This document shows, in pieces, positions 48,020 to 58,523 of a stretch of DNA of 64,000 nucleotides. The translations under genes were made by a program, and so were the position numbers. The DNA is from a phage. How positions within the stretch are numbered: position 1 is the first letter of the stretch; the number at the start of each line of letters is the position of its first letter. The notes under the pieces are model-generated. The model did not search any database. It worked only from the letters and a program-made list of their open reading frames with translations, and was not told the DNA's origin. The stretch lies in sequence record PX853108.1; one strand, written 5' to 3'.

Positions 48020-48550
48020 TTAGAAAATCAGATGGGAAGCTGCATAGTACTCAATAGAGGGAAGAATCTTCTCATACTGTTTTATTGCCATAGGATCACC
48101 AGCAAGAGTCCAGGCTGCTTCACGAGTACGTGGCAGTTCCTTATACTTACCAGTCTGGTCTTGAGCTACCAGGCATTCAGGTAAAGCATCACGTACATCC
48201 TGATAGGACATACAACCACGCACCAGACGATATACAGTCTGGTTCACAAGGTGTACTTCCATAATCAGACGACTGGAGGCTTTCAGATACTTGTCCATTG
48301 CAGGCCACAGTTCTGGATTAAGAGTTAATCGTTCACCGTAGGTTGGAGGTCTGGAAGCATTAGAACGCTGATAGAACTCCCCTTGATAAAGGAATCCAGC
48401 TGATACATCAATACCATTGATACGGTCATTCTTATCAATGATACCGTTTAACACATTATCAAGACGAACCAGTTCTGCTAAGAACAGGTGTTTGACTATC
48501 TCACTGCTATTGGCAACTTGACCAATAGTCGCTGAACCAATCTGAGGCAT
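48020..48550 (-). CDS. Hypothetical replication-module protein
   Basis: 176 aa ORF between helicase and polymerase; no recognised motif. Confidence 0.45.
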   Translation of the reverse strand: MPQIGSATIGQVANSSEIVKHLFLAELVRLDNVLNGIIDKNDRINGIDVSAGFLYQGEFYQRSNASRPPTYGERLTLNPELWPAMDKYLKASSRLIMEVHLVNQTVYRLVRGCMSYQDVRDALPECLVAQDQTGKYKELPRTREAAWTLAGDPMAIKQYEKILPSIEYYAASHLIF

Positions 48551-48560
48551 ATATCCTCCC

Positions 48561-49871
48561 TTAGAAAGTTAGACCACCATACTTACTGGCAAGATTGCCA
48601 TAGAACACTACTCGCTTACGGGCACGAGATACAGCGACGTAAAGCAGACGGGCAACCATATCTGGTTGGCGACAGCTTGAGAGGTCATTTGCATCAATGA
48701 AGATTGTGTCGTAAGTAGAGCCTTGTGATTTATGGACAGTACATGCGTGAGTAGCACGTAGGTCTGGAATGGTTTCTTTAAGACGGAAGTAAGGTTCCCA
48801 GTTTTTCTCTTTACCTAGCCACTTAACCAAACGGTTGAAGTATTCTGGGTCAGTAGGTACTGGAACTTCACTTACAATACCACCATAACCAAGGTCCAGA
48901 GTACTATCACGAACTTCCAGTTCCAGGTCACCTGTAACCTTAATCATGCGAGTACTGCTATCCTGGTCGATGAGTTTTACGTCTTGCTCGATAGATAAAC
49001 GGTCTTCCCCACCTAAGCGAACAGCAGAGTTAGAAACTAACTGTTCACCGATGGAGTACTCGCCTACATAGCCATTAGCTTCACGAATGTAGTTATTGTA
49101 ATTAATAACTTGGTCATTTGTGTAAGCAACAATACGGCTATTGGTAGGTTGAGTGAAGTGACTGAGAACCAGTTTCTCCATCTCTTCCCCCTGTACCCAG
49201 TCAATAATGCCTGGAATACATTTAATAGGCAGGAAACCCGTCTTACCTTCCACCGTATCACGTAATTGCTGATGCAATGCTTTGAGTTCCGGTGCATCGG
49301 TACGCATCTGTTCAGTCAGATAATGTGTTGGGATATTACCTGCATACACTGGAGACTTATTCTCTTTAACAGGCAGAAGCTGAGAAGCATCGCCTACGAA
49401 TACCAGTTTGCACTGGTGAGTACCTTCACGAGCATACTTAAGTAACTGACGGTCAATCATGGATGCTTCATCTACGAAGATGATTTTGTTCTTCTTAATA
49501 TTGAATGATTTAGACGGTACGACATTAGCCTCACCGGTCTTAAAGTCATTCTTAACAATCAATCCCTGGAAGGAATGATAGGTAGATGTAGGACGTCCAG
49601 TAGCCTGAGCCAGAACTTCGGCAGCTTTGTTCGTGGTCGCAGTCATAACAACTTCGTTATACAGAGGCTTGGTTCCCATAAGGGAGCAAGTTTCCATATA
49701 TGCAGGCATTGTGTCATCAATGAGATGCGACATCAGGAATGTCTTGCCAGTTCCCCCTGGGCCACTAATATTGAATTCGGTAGCATTAGGGTTGAGCAGG
49801 AAGTCGAAGAACTCCTTCGCAACCGCTTCTTGCCCCTTGTTCAGCGGGGCTTTGGTAGGTTTGGAAAACAT
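48561..49871 (-). CDS. SF1 DNA helicase (Dda/RecD-like)
   Basis: 436 aa; Walker A GPGGTGKTF, Walker B IIFVDEASMI, C-terminal TVHKSQGSTYD. Confidence 0.75.
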   Translation of the reverse strand: MFSKPTKAPLNKGQEAVAKEFFDFLLNPNATEFNISGPGGTGKTFLMSHLIDDTMPAYMETCSLMGTKPLYNEVVMTATTNKAAEVLAQATGRPTSTYHSFQGLIVKNDFKTGEANVVPSKSFNIKKNKIIFVDEASMIDRQLLKYAREGTHQCKLVFVGDASQLLPVKENKSPVYAGNIPTHYLTEQMRTDAPELKALHQQLRDTVEGKTGFLPIKCIPGIIDWVQGEEMEKLVLSHFTQPTNSRIVAYTNDQVINYNNYIREANGYVGEYSIGEQLVSNSAVRLGGEDRLSIEQDVKLIDQDSSTRMIKVTGDLELEVRDSTLDLGYGGIVSEVPVPTDPEYFNRLVKWLGKEKNWEPYFRLKETIPDLRATHACTVHKSQGSTYDTIFIDANDLSSCRQPDMVARLLYVAVSRARKRVVFYGNLASKYGGLTF

Positions 49872-49904
49872 TAAAATCTCCAGTAAAAAACCCTCCGTAG
49901 AGGG

Positions 49905-50360
49905 TTAGATGTAAGGGGTTAAATCCGGGGGAGTGTAGTCTTTCCCTTTCATAACTTTCATATTCTCATTGAAGACAGGTTCACCATCTTCAAACTTAGA
50001 ATAGTTTGAGCGATTGACCTCAGCCAATGCTCCAGGGACATTCATCCCAAGGAAAGTACCGACGCCAGTTGCTGTAACAATCTGATCTGCCAGTGAATCC
50101 AGTAGGTTGGTACTAGCGTCAATGCGATAAGCATCGTCATTACGTTTCATACGGTTTGCCAGATTTGTAAGAGCATCCTGTGCACGTTGCAGTAATTCTG
50201 CATCGTAACTACCATTTGGATGAATGGTCTGAAGCATTTCTTCTACTTCTTCCAGATGGCAACCAATCTGGGTACTAATGTTCTTACTTGTTGGATTTGC
50301 TACTGCTTTCCGGAACCAGGCTTCCGTATTTGCCAGCGTACAAACGGATGAACTTGTCAT
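49905..50360 (-). CDS. All-alpha nucleotide pyrophosphohydrolase-like (MazG-like?) protein
   Basis: 151 aa; acidic clusters HLEEVEEM and LLDSLADQ; first 77 nt overlap the upstream HTH gene in another frame, so the real start may be ATG 50237. Confidence 0.3.
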   Translation of the reverse strand: MTSSSVCTLANTEAWFRKAVANPTSKNISTQIGCHLEEVEEMLQTIHPNGSYDAELLQRAQDALTNLANRMKRNDDAYRIDASTNLLDSLADQIVTATGVGTFLGMNVPGALAEVNRSNYSKFEDGEPVFNENMKVMKGKDYTPPDLTPYI

Positions 50361-50679
50361 GCTCAGTCTCTTGGTTAAGGTGGCGATTGTTATATGCCTC
50401 CAGAATCAAGTCTCTTACGTATGAGCGAATCTCATAAGCAGGACCAACTTGCTCTGACAGCCAATCAACCACATGGGTTGGTAAAGGTTTTAATACGTTT
50501 TCCATGAACGTCCGACGTGTGTCGGCTGGTTCAATGTTTAGAGAACGCAATCGCAAAGTAACCGTAGTGGGGTGAACCCCCAACGTCTTAGCGATAGTTG
50601 CGAGGGACAGACCAACAGCATTCATACGAATGATGTCTTCATCAGTTGCTTTGCGATTACTTCTGAATACTTTAGACAT
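50284..50679 (-). CDS. HTH DNA-binding protein
   Basis: 131 aa; helix-turn-helix-like LSLATIAKTLGVHPTTVTLRL near the N-terminus. Confidence 0.45.
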   Translation of the reverse strand: MSKVFRSNRKATDEDIIRMNAVGLSLATIAKTLGVHPTTVTLRLRSLNIEPADTRRTFMENVLKPLPTHVVDWLSEQVGPAYEIRSYVRDLILEAYNNRHLNQETEHDKFIRLYAGKYGSLVPESSSKSNK

Positions 50680-50741
50680 AGCTTATTTCCTCTTCAAATA
50701 TAGCCTCACTTTATTATAAGTGAGGCTATTTGAACAGGCTA

Positions 50742-52790
50742 TTACTTAGCAGCTTTGACCAGATTGGTAGCTAATTTAGCTTCTTCTTCAGTCAGACCCA
50801 TTGCAGTGAATGACTTCTTAGCATGACGCTTATAGTCTTGCAGAGCATGGCCTTTCTGATAGTCGGAGTACGTCGTATCGTTCAGGATGCTACGCAGATT
50901 ATCAGCATGTTTACCAGACGGAGCTACTTTAGTGGCAGCAGCAGAACGCGTAGGTTTAACTGTCTTATCCTGCTTAACAGCTTTAGGTGCAGGAATGCGA
51001 GTACTACGGATAGTAGCAATAGCGTCTACTACATCGCTACCTACATCGAATGCACCCCAGGGCTTACGAGCTTTACCACGCAGTTCTACCAGAAGGTCAG
51101 CAGCAGCTAACTTATCTTCTGGGGTTGTTGCATTGAGGAACTCTTTGACCAGTTCCTGGATTTGTTCTTTCACAGTAGGAGCCTTCTTATTAACTGGTTT
51201 AAGGTCGGTAGCTTTCACTGGTTCAGCAGCTACAGCTTCATTCAGTGACTCTTCCATGTTCAGTGCTTCTTTACTAGCAACTGTACGGAATTGTTCTACA
51301 GAACCAGATGTGAGATTAGTGTATTTGAGGTTAGTACCACGATGACCACCAACCATAATAAGTGTGGTGGGTGAACTATGGTTCCCAACAATGGCATCAT
51401 TAAGTAACTTCTTACCTACTTCTGTTTTAGACAGGTAGATACCATTGTTAACGTTATTACGTTCCTCTTCAGGCAGTTCAGCAATAATATGATACGCAGA
51501 TACACGCATCTTATTGGTGCTGTACTCAGGAACAGCAAATACATCTTCTGGTGCTACTTTACCAAGGATTGTTACGTTACCACCGAAGCTACGGATATAG
51601 CTCATGGATGCTACGTGCAGACCGTTAGAGCAGTCCTGACGACGGTCAGGGTCTACCAGGTCTTCACGTACCTGCACTTTACAGCCTACCCACTGACGGA
51701 TGTTACCTGAGTGACAGTCAACGAATACACGTTTACCATCTTCTGTTCCTTTATACTGAAGGCGTTTCAGAAACAGGATAGAACCATCATCAGCAATAGG
51801 TAGCTCAGCAGTCTCCATGAATTTCATCAGGTCTTCTACTGAGTGCAGGCGGTCTTTAATAACCGGAGCCAGACGCTCAAGGAACTTAGTAAAGCCCTTG
51901 TAGTCTTTCAGCTTGGCTGACTGACGTAAGTGTCGATGCAGGTTTTCAACTCCAGGGATAACCCCATTGTTGGTAACAGCAACAACCACTTCATCTTCCT
52001 TCACTTCAGTGTGGAAGTTAGCATCATCAGTACTAATAGCACCCAATGCAGCTAACTTCTCAGAAGCAGCAGCCAGCTTGTCCTGGTTCGCAGTTTTAGC
52101 TACTTCAATGTAAGGTGGTGGGGTATGTTTACGGCTGGTGAATACAATGTGTACTCCTTTGATGTGTTTGGCTTGTTTGGCAAACTCGCTCATTTCATCA
52201 TCAGATACTGCACGAATTGCAATAGGCCATTCCTGTGCAAGGGTACGGTTGGTATGGTCATAACCATAACGCAGTACGTCATTGATAAAACGAACCAGTG
52301 CAGGATGGTTATGGTCCTTATCCCAGCCAGTAACCCACATCAGGTTATCACGTCTGTCATAACAACCATCTGTTACAGTTACTTCTGGTTCATTAGCCTG
52401 TACAGCCAGGAAGGTATCTATAGCTTTAGACACCAGTGTCTTAGTAGGATTGCCCAGCTTAATATCTGAGACGATACGTGCAGGTGGAATACCTGTACCA
52501 TCCTGGAAGAACTCTTTCAGTTTAGCTTTGGCTACCTTGAAGAAACGGACAAATCCGTTAGTGTTCTTCTCTGCTTCCAGATACTCAGTACGCAGGCTTA
52601 CTTCTGGTGCAATGTTTACTTCTATCAAGTCTTTGGTAGTTCCCAGACCTTTGGTTTGTGCTTCAGATACAATGCGAGCAACCCGTGGGTCGCTCTGTGG
52701 GTATACAATTGTGGAGCCATCAGGCTTCCACAGTGTGAGGTTACGACTGTCAACTGCCAGTGCGATGATAGAAATCAGTTCGATTTTCAT
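50742..52790 (-). CDS. rIIB: rIIB-like protein
   Basis: 682 aa ORF immediately downstream of the rIIA-like gene; assignment by size and synteny. Confidence 0.45.
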   Translation of the reverse strand: MKIELISIIALAVDSRNLTLWKPDGSTIVYPQSDPRVARIVSEAQTKGLGTTKDLIEVNIAPEVSLRTEYLEAEKNTNGFVRFFKVAKAKLKEFFQDGTGIPPARIVSDIKLGNPTKTLVSKAIDTFLAVQANEPEVTVTDGCYDRRDNLMWVTGWDKDHNHPALVRFINDVLRYGYDHTNRTLAQEWPIAIRAVSDDEMSEFAKQAKHIKGVHIVFTSRKHTPPPYIEVAKTANQDKLAAASEKLAALGAISTDDANFHTEVKEDEVVVAVTNNGVIPGVENLHRHLRQSAKLKDYKGFTKFLERLAPVIKDRLHSVEDLMKFMETAELPIADDGSILFLKRLQYKGTEDGKRVFVDCHSGNIRQWVGCKVQVREDLVDPDRRQDCSNGLHVASMSYIRSFGGNVTILGKVAPEDVFAVPEYSTNKMRVSAYHIIAELPEEERNNVNNGIYLSKTEVGKKLLNDAIVGNHSSPTTLIMVGGHRGTNLKYTNLTSGSVEQFRTVASKEALNMEESLNEAVAAEPVKATDLKPVNKKAPTVKEQIQELVKEFLNATTPEDKLAAADLLVELRGKARKPWGAFDVGSDVVDAIATIRSTRIPAPKAVKQDKTVKPTRSAAATKVAPSGKHADNLRSILNDTTYSDYQKGHALQDYKRHAKKSFTAMGLTEEEAKLATNLVKAAK

Positions 52791-52794
52791 CAGA

Positions 52795-55362
52795 TTAGTT
52801 ACCTTTCAGTTTATTTAGACGATTACGGTAGAGGGACTTAAACCCAGGAATATCCTCTGGATTCTTCTTGAGGTGTTTTACCAAACTACCTAAGTCCAGC
52901 GTCTGTAGGATGTCATTTTTATTCCAGCTGTAGCTGAATAAACCTTTGTAACCATTAAGTATTTCAAAGTACTTATGGTTACGTGGATTAGTCATCACTA
53001 TATATGGCTCTAGGTCATCTACTGATTTAATACAATCCATTTCAACAAGTTTTTCTTTGTTGTTATGTGGTCGATTTCGTAAAAAGTCATATGCCCATTC
53101 ATATTCTGGTTTAAAAATCAGATTCTGTAATGGTTTGAAGGTTAAACCTAGTATGTCGAGGATTTCCCAGTATTCTCTGTCGTCCAATCCTACATATTCC
53201 AGAATACCAATACGGTGTTCAGTAACATATTTCTTGAAGCCTTTACTGGTAATAACTGACATCAATTTACTGTAGCGAACATCATCAATGTGGATAGCAC
53301 CACGCCGTTTGGCCTTGTTAGCCTCGATTTGATTGCGACAGACAACTGTCTCTGCTTTCATCTCATCGGATAACTCATACCATTTCCACATGGTTCCAAT
53401 TCGAGCAGTTACAGGACTACCAGAACTAATCTGATTAGCCAGTACATAGTACTTAGGCTGTTCTATCTCAACGAAACCATACTTCTCATGGAAGCTAGGA
53501 TCAGTAAAATCCTTGTCAATGTACGGTTTAGAATCCCAATCCCCACTTTTATTCCGTACAGGGGTAGTGCCGAGAACTGCATTCAATGAAATCAGAGCAT
53601 TAGTTTTACCTCCTGCTTTGGTTTTATTAGCAGCTATTGTCTTAGCTCGCTTCTCAGCAGCTAACTTAGCCTGTTCCCTGCGGTAGTTAGTCGGTTTGTC
53701 CCACTCATTATATTGAGTAAGGTCAATTACCCGATAACCCATAGCAGTGAACTTAGCTACAGCTTCCTCTGCTGCACCCTTCTTAGGACCAACAACGTGA
53801 ACAAAAGCTGTACGCTCCAGATCACCTCGGTTGTACTCAGGGAAGTATGAGAAAGAGTCTGCACAATCAGATAAACGTCGGGTAACTACAACGTTTTTGG
53901 TAGTGAATATGCCAATACTTTGGTGGGAGTTATTGTATATCCTAAAGTAGTCAGTAAGTTTACCTTTTACCAAGTCAACACGGTTACCTTGATTCATTAT
54001 GTAACCATACCACTTAATACCAGAGGTTTTCAAAGCAGCCAGCTGAGGTAAGTGCAGATGGCGATATACTAATTCCGAGAATGGGGAGTATGTACTTTCT
54101 TCACGAGTATCCTTAAGAGCACGCATAGCCTTACCATATAGTTTCTTAAGACCTGCATACTCAGGACGAGCTAATAATGCCTTATTGGATAAATTACGCC
54201 AGTGCTTGATGCGATGCTTACGTTGCTTAGCCCATAAACTAGAGGACATATAACGTTGAACAATAGGGTCTGTAACAGCAAGTAGGAAAGAAGGATATTC
54301 CCAGAAGCGAGTAGAGGATTTAGAGGCGTATTCTTCAACTTGCTTAATAGCTTCAGGAATCTTAGCCTTAATCTCTTTCTCCATACGGTCTACTAAATCT
54401 ATACACAGAGTAGTAATACCATCGTCGGTTAACTTCTGATTGGACAGCGTTTCTCGACTAGGAGCAATAGCTAGAGTATCCGGTGCAGCCTGAACTACTA
54501 AATTAGATGCTCCAATAATATTCATGAAGTTGAGAATAAGACCTACTGCCTCTTCACTAGCAGGGCTGGATACAATTGGGTACATTACGTTACCGTAACG
54601 AACGAAAATGTTACTGTTACCCATATAACCCTTATACCATCTATCAGACATATCATATGAACCAGGTTCAAATGACATACCCAGCGTATCCAGCAGAGTG
54701 TAGTCGCCTTGCTGAATGTTAATGCCTTCTTCTGTTTTAACGAGTTTAGTGGTACTTAGCTCAGCTTTAATCTCACCGTTAAACACGATTGATCTGATGT
54801 AATGCACGAAGGTATTTACGTCATGCTTACCTAACTGGAACTTAACTTCCAGACCAGATTCCTCAGTGGGAATATTGGTAACAATGGGGACAATACCAGG
54901 CTTACCATCATTCTCAATCGCAGCCTTAGCTACGTTGTATACAGACATCTTCCCTTGGTTCCATGAAGTAACCTGGAAGCTATCTGTATAAGCGAATGGG
55001 GATTTACATCCCAGACCAAAGCCACCAGTAACACTACTGTTGGCTTTCTTAGTAGATGCACCATAGACACCATAAATGGAGCCAATGAGTTCATCCGGGA
55101 TTCCGTTACCGTAGTCACGGAAGGTAATAAAGTTGTCTTTATCAATGGTAATACGAATAGGGGTATCAGTCTTACCTGCTTCAATATGAGCATCCCAACT
55201 GTTACAGATAGTCTCACGAACTACTGCCAAAGTAGGATTGTTATACAAGGAAGTACTTAATACATGGAAGAATGCCGGGTCATCAGAGATGCCAAAGGCA
55301 ATTGTTTCTTTGCCACCCAGTGTCGCTGAGGTAGCTACTTCATTGGTATCTGCAACTAACAT
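52795..55362 (-). CDS. rIIA: rIIA-like protein with N-terminal GHKL (histidine-kinase-type) ATPase domain
   Basis: 855 aa; N-box-like ETICNSWDA, G1-box RDYGNGIP, G2-box GGFGLGCKS within the first ~120 aa, as in T4 rIIA. Confidence 0.65.
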   Translation of the reverse strand: MLVADTNEVATSATLGGKETIAFGISDDPAFFHVLSTSLYNNPTLAVVRETICNSWDAHIEAGKTDTPIRITIDKDNFITFRDYGNGIPDELIGSIYGVYGASTKKANSSVTGGFGLGCKSPFAYTDSFQVTSWNQGKMSVYNVAKAAIENDGKPGIVPIVTNIPTEESGLEVKFQLGKHDVNTFVHYIRSIVFNGEIKAELSTTKLVKTEEGINIQQGDYTLLDTLGMSFEPGSYDMSDRWYKGYMGNSNIFVRYGNVMYPIVSSPASEEAVGLILNFMNIIGASNLVVQAAPDTLAIAPSRETLSNQKLTDDGITTLCIDLVDRMEKEIKAKIPEAIKQVEEYASKSSTRFWEYPSFLLAVTDPIVQRYMSSSLWAKQRKHRIKHWRNLSNKALLARPEYAGLKKLYGKAMRALKDTREESTYSPFSELVYRHLHLPQLAALKTSGIKWYGYIMNQGNRVDLVKGKLTDYFRIYNNSHQSIGIFTTKNVVVTRRLSDCADSFSYFPEYNRGDLERTAFVHVVGPKKGAAEEAVAKFTAMGYRVIDLTQYNEWDKPTNYRREQAKLAAEKRAKTIAANKTKAGGKTNALISLNAVLGTTPVRNKSGDWDSKPYIDKDFTDPSFHEKYGFVEIEQPKYYVLANQISSGSPVTARIGTMWKWYELSDEMKAETVVCRNQIEANKAKRRGAIHIDDVRYSKLMSVITSKGFKKYVTEHRIGILEYVGLDDREYWEILDILGLTFKPLQNLIFKPEYEWAYDFLRNRPHNNKEKLVEMDCIKSVDDLEPYIVMTNPRNHKYFEILNGYKGLFSYSWNKNDILQTLDLGSLVKHLKKNPEDIPGFKSLYRNRLNKLKGN

Positions 55363-55405
55363 TTATTTACTCTCCAGATTAAATGTTGCTTCTTGGTTAT
55401 GACTA

Positions 55406-55600
55406 TTAAGAATCTAATGCTGATTTACAGGCTTCAAAGATTACTTTACGTAATTCCCGTTCTTTTTCCGGTTCCTCATGGGGACTGTAACCAAAAGGAC
55501 TGTTTTGCATAAAACCAGCCAGAATTAGTAAATCTTCTTCAGATAGACCATCAATAGTTATGGAGTATTGGTTTTTGCTTTTTACTGTAGCGTTAGCCAT
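55406..55600 (-). CDS. Hypothetical small protein
   Basis: ORF 55406-55630 trimmed to ATG 55600 (GGAG at 8 nt). Confidence 0.35.
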   Translation of the reverse strand: MANATVKSKNQYSITIDGLSEEDLLILAGFMQNSPFGYSPHEEPEKERELRKVIFEACKSALDS

Positions 55601-55909
55601 TTCGTTTCTCCGCCATTGCTTGTAATACAAATACTACAGTGTCTGAAATTTGGTCATCAGTTGGTTCAACTAATTGACCGTTCTCGTCATACATTTCTTT
55701 CAGAAGTGCATTTAGTTCAGCCATACCAGCCAGTATCATTTCTTTACTTGGTTCCAGCCATAATTTTCGTTCCTCTGCTAGTGCAGCGATGCACATACAT
55801 AGAGAGGCAATGTTAGCTGGGCAAGCAGCAATATCACCAGTTACTGCAATCTCACTAAGTGGGACAGCTTTACCGGTTTTACTATGAATAACTTCAGGAT
55901 TAATCATGG
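55593..55909 (-). CDS. Hypothetical protein
   Basis: ORF 55593-55955 trimmed to ATG 55909, which overlaps the upstream stop (ATGA) and has GGAG at 8 nt. Confidence 0.4.
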
Positions 55910-56112
55910 ATTTGCTCCAGGTTATGGGCAGGAATAGGGAAGCATGGATAGTCACCTGTAGGGTCCAGTGTTACTGACACATGCAGTGTATTGGTCATTT
56001 GGGTTAGCATTTGAGCAGCATTGAAATCATCCTGAATACAGGCATATACAATGTCACCTTTCTCACCTTCACACATTACTGGTGTGTCTTTGATGCGGTA
56101 TTTAGCAGGCAT
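55900..56112 (-). CDS. Hypothetical small protein
   Basis: 70 aa ORF; gene-dense minus-strand context. Confidence 0.35.
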   Translation of the reverse strand: MPAKYRIKDTPVMCEGEKGDIVYACIQDDFNAAQMLTQMTNTLHVSVTLDPTGDYPCFPIPAHNLEQIHD

Positions 56113-56121
56113 ATCATTTCC

Positions 56122-56346
56122 TTATTTTTTAATAACAATGGGATTTCTGTAATTCCAGGCTCTATTAAGCTTTTCCAGCCTAAATCCTGCATATCCTGAT
56201 TCTTTAGACAGGATTTCTTCCGCAGTATCTATTGCATTAATTTTGCATAAACGCCCATCTATACAGATGTTTTTAAAACTGCCCGTAGATTCTCTGTATA
56301 TTCCATTGGAGTCTTTCTCCAACATAGTTGCATACCAACTTGCCAT
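56122..56346 (-). CDS. Hypothetical small protein
   Basis: ORF 56122-56376 trimmed to ATG 56346 (AGGAGG upstream); the longer form would start inside the A-tract of a terminator. Confidence 0.35.
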   Translation of the reverse strand: MASWYATMLEKDSNGIYRESTGSFKNICIDGRLCKINAIDTAEEILSKESGYAGFRLEKLNRAWNYRNPIVIKK

Positions 56347-56373
56347 AAGTCCTCCTGGGACAGTAATTGAAAC

Positions 56374-56401
56374 CAAAAAAAGACCTCCCGGAGGAGGTCT
56401 T
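56374..56401 (-). terminator. Intrinsic terminator (minus strand)
   Basis: Stem AGACCTCC/GGAGGTCT with CGGA loop; minus strand reads hairpin then TTTTTTT; 5 nt after the stop of gene 56406-56642. Confidence 0.6.
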
Positions 56402-56405
56402 AGGT

Positions 56406-56642
56406 TTACTTACTATTCTCTTCAATGAAGCGTCTCATACGTTTCTTTGCTTCATCATGTTCCTTAATGGCTACATAGTCTCGTGCATAATAATATACAC
56501 ACCATAGGCCAAGAACACATGCAGAGAAGCGAGCCACCACGAAGAACATCTCTTCTAGGCTCTGAGCATTATGTAATGAAAATACAAATTCCAGAACCAG
56601 GATGATACTTACAATCATTGCTTGAATAGCTAAGCGTTTCAT
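56406..56642 (-). CDS. Small membrane protein (2 predicted TM segments)
   Basis: 78 aa; two hydrophobic segments and a basic C-terminus. Confidence 0.4.
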   Translation of the reverse strand: MKRLAIQAMIVSIILVLEFVFSLHNAQSLEEMFFVVARFSACVLGLWCVYYYARDYVAIKEHDEAKKRMRRFIEENSK

Positions 56643-57583
56643 TCAGTAATAGTCTCACCAGGGATTAATTTACGGAACTGGATAAAGTGGAGTAGGTTGC
56701 CTGAGTACAGATTCCCCTCTTTATCCATGGAAGTAACACCTTGTTCCCATGTAACTGGGTTCATGTTATTCACGTACTTCTCACTAAGGTTCATGGGCGT
56801 AGCTTGATGTTCCGTTGGGGAAGCATGAATAGGTTGGTTTTCAACTAATTTAGCAAATAAACTAAGGTCTTCTTCAATAGTAGATGGACGTCCTTCAAAG
56901 TTGTTATAGGAAGCACGAGCACAGCGTGCAGCACTTACTTTGAGAAGTAGTCCATGCACTTCTGCATCACTTGGTTCATCACGTGTAATTCGATTACGTT
57001 TGCAGAAATTGTAAGCCCCAACACGATCAATATGAGCAATATATGGCAGATGCCATTGCCCATATGGTAATGCCCTTGGCGTACTTTCTTCATGTGCCTT
57101 ACGCATTGCTTGAGCCAGTTCACGAATCTCTGGTTGTGCATCTTTGTGGTCACGCAATCCATAGAAATTAGCCCAGCTAGTTGAAGTTACCACTACACGG
57201 ATATGAGTGAAGGGTTCCAGAATACGGTTAACAATCTGCTTATGCACTTGCCCACGACGCAGCATTTCTGCATAGGTAGCAACACTAGATGCAGCCTGTT
57301 CCCAGATAAAAATTGCATCACTGCGTTGGTCTTCAGATAGCTCTTCAAATGCCTGCATACCTTTCTGGTTCTTACCCCAGTGACTAGGCATCACTGGTTC
57401 ATTACGAACCTGTTCGATGAACTTAGAAGTAGGGATAGCACGACTGCTTGAAGCGTTACGGTTAAATACACGGTGGGTCATAAATTCACTGTGAATGAAT
57501 CGGGGATAAACCAATTCAAAGGTTGTGATACGAGTTCCTGTTTCTGGATGAACGGAATCTGCAATAACTGATGCCTTAATCAT
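56639..57583 (-). CDS. thyX: Flavin-dependent thymidylate synthase (ThyX-like)
   Basis: 314 aa; FMTHRVFNRNASSSR fits the ThyX signature (R/T)HR-x7-S-x-R. Confidence 0.5.
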   Translation of the reverse strand: MIKASVIADSVHPETGTRITTFELVYPRFIHSEFMTHRVFNRNASSSRAIPTSKFIEQVRNEPVMPSHWGKNQKGMQAFEELSEDQRSDAIFIWEQAASSVATYAEMLRRGQVHKQIVNRILEPFTHIRVVVTSTSWANFYGLRDHKDAQPEIRELAQAMRKAHEESTPRALPYGQWHLPYIAHIDRVGAYNFCKRNRITRDEPSDAEVHGLLLKVSAARCARASYNNFEGRPSTIEEDLSLFAKLVENQPIHASPTEHQATPMNLSEKYVNNMNPVTWEQGVTSMDKEGNLYSGNLLHFIQFRKLIPGETITE

Positions 57584-58026
57584 TAGAATGACCTTAGATA
57601 GTTGGTGATACCACTTCTCGTCTCTGTGATTCTCTTAACCTGAACGTATACCAGCTTAAACTCACTACGAGGTAGTTCTTGTAATACTGCCACACCTTCA
57701 GTAAGGGCCACAGAACACGCTACAGCGGTTTCTTCTTTAAAGGAGTACAAGTCTTCATACATGAGGGCTTCATACTCTTTACGGAGCATACAGAGAGCAT
57801 CTCTTGCTTTATCACTTACTTCTTGTGAACCAGCAGACATAGCTAAGCTGTATATGATAAAGACTTGTTCAAAAACAAAGTCCAGTAATTTATCAGGGTT
57901 GCTAGTACCCATAAATAATTTTGTTGTGTAGGAACGAGCTTTACTGTTGAGTTCATACTCATCCTCTATGCCTTTATTGTAAAGAACAGGATTTCGTTCC
58001 CTTTTTCTTAGGAATGGGATACGCAT
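57583..58026 (-). CDS. Hypothetical protein
   Basis: 147 aa ORF; stop overlaps the thyX-like start. Confidence 0.45.
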   Translation of the reverse strand: MRIPFLRKRERNPVLYNKGIEDEYELNSKARSYTTKLFMGTSNPDKLLDFVFEQVFIIYSLAMSAGSQEVSDKARDALCMLRKEYEALMYEDLYSFKEETAVACSVALTEGVAVLQELPRSEFKLVYVQVKRITETRSGITNYLRSF

Positions 58027-58406
58027 TAGTATTTACTACCTCTTCTATACCAGGGGTAGTGGTGAGTAGTGCTTTTACTTTTGAACACATCCTTAGTACG
58101 GGGGTTCTTTTGTATTTGAGCCAGATAAAGTTGTGTATCGTCTTTACACGGGTTAAGCCAGAACTTATCTATGATTCGGTCTACCTTAGATTTCAGATGA
58201 GGTTCTGGGGGAATGTATGAAGGAAATGATCTGCTAGTGGCCCATTTTTTCTGAATAAGAACCTGCATTGTTGCATAAATATCTGCTTCAATTTCATTAT
58301 CCACCCGGTCATGGATAGCTTTACCCAAAGCAAGCATTGCAGTTTGTTCCAGCTTACCGAAGTCCATCCCTTGAAAGATAGACTTACCATTTTGTCTGTT
58401 TGACAT
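58026..58406 (-). CDS. Hypothetical protein
   Basis: 126 aa ORF, preceded by a terminator hairpin. Confidence 0.45.
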   Translation of the reverse strand: MSNRQNGKSIFQGMDFGKLEQTAMLALGKAIHDRVDNEIEADIYATMQVLIQKKWATSRSFPSYIPPEPHLKSKVDRIIDKFWLNPCKDDTQLYLAQIQKNPRTKDVFKSKSTTHHYPWYRRGSKY

Positions 58407-58422
58407 AAGAGTACCTGTAATT

Positions 58423-58448
58423 AAAAAAGCCCACGGGTTAGGTGGGCT
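58423..58448 (-). terminator. Intrinsic terminator (minus strand)
   Basis: Stem AGCCCAC/GTGGGCT with 7-nt loop; minus strand then reads TTTTTT. Confidence 0.55.
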
Positions 58449-58523
58449 TGGGTTAGGAGATGGATAAGCAATGAGCTGGAAGTAACTTCCACAAGCACCA
58501 CTATGTAATGATGCTTAGATTAG

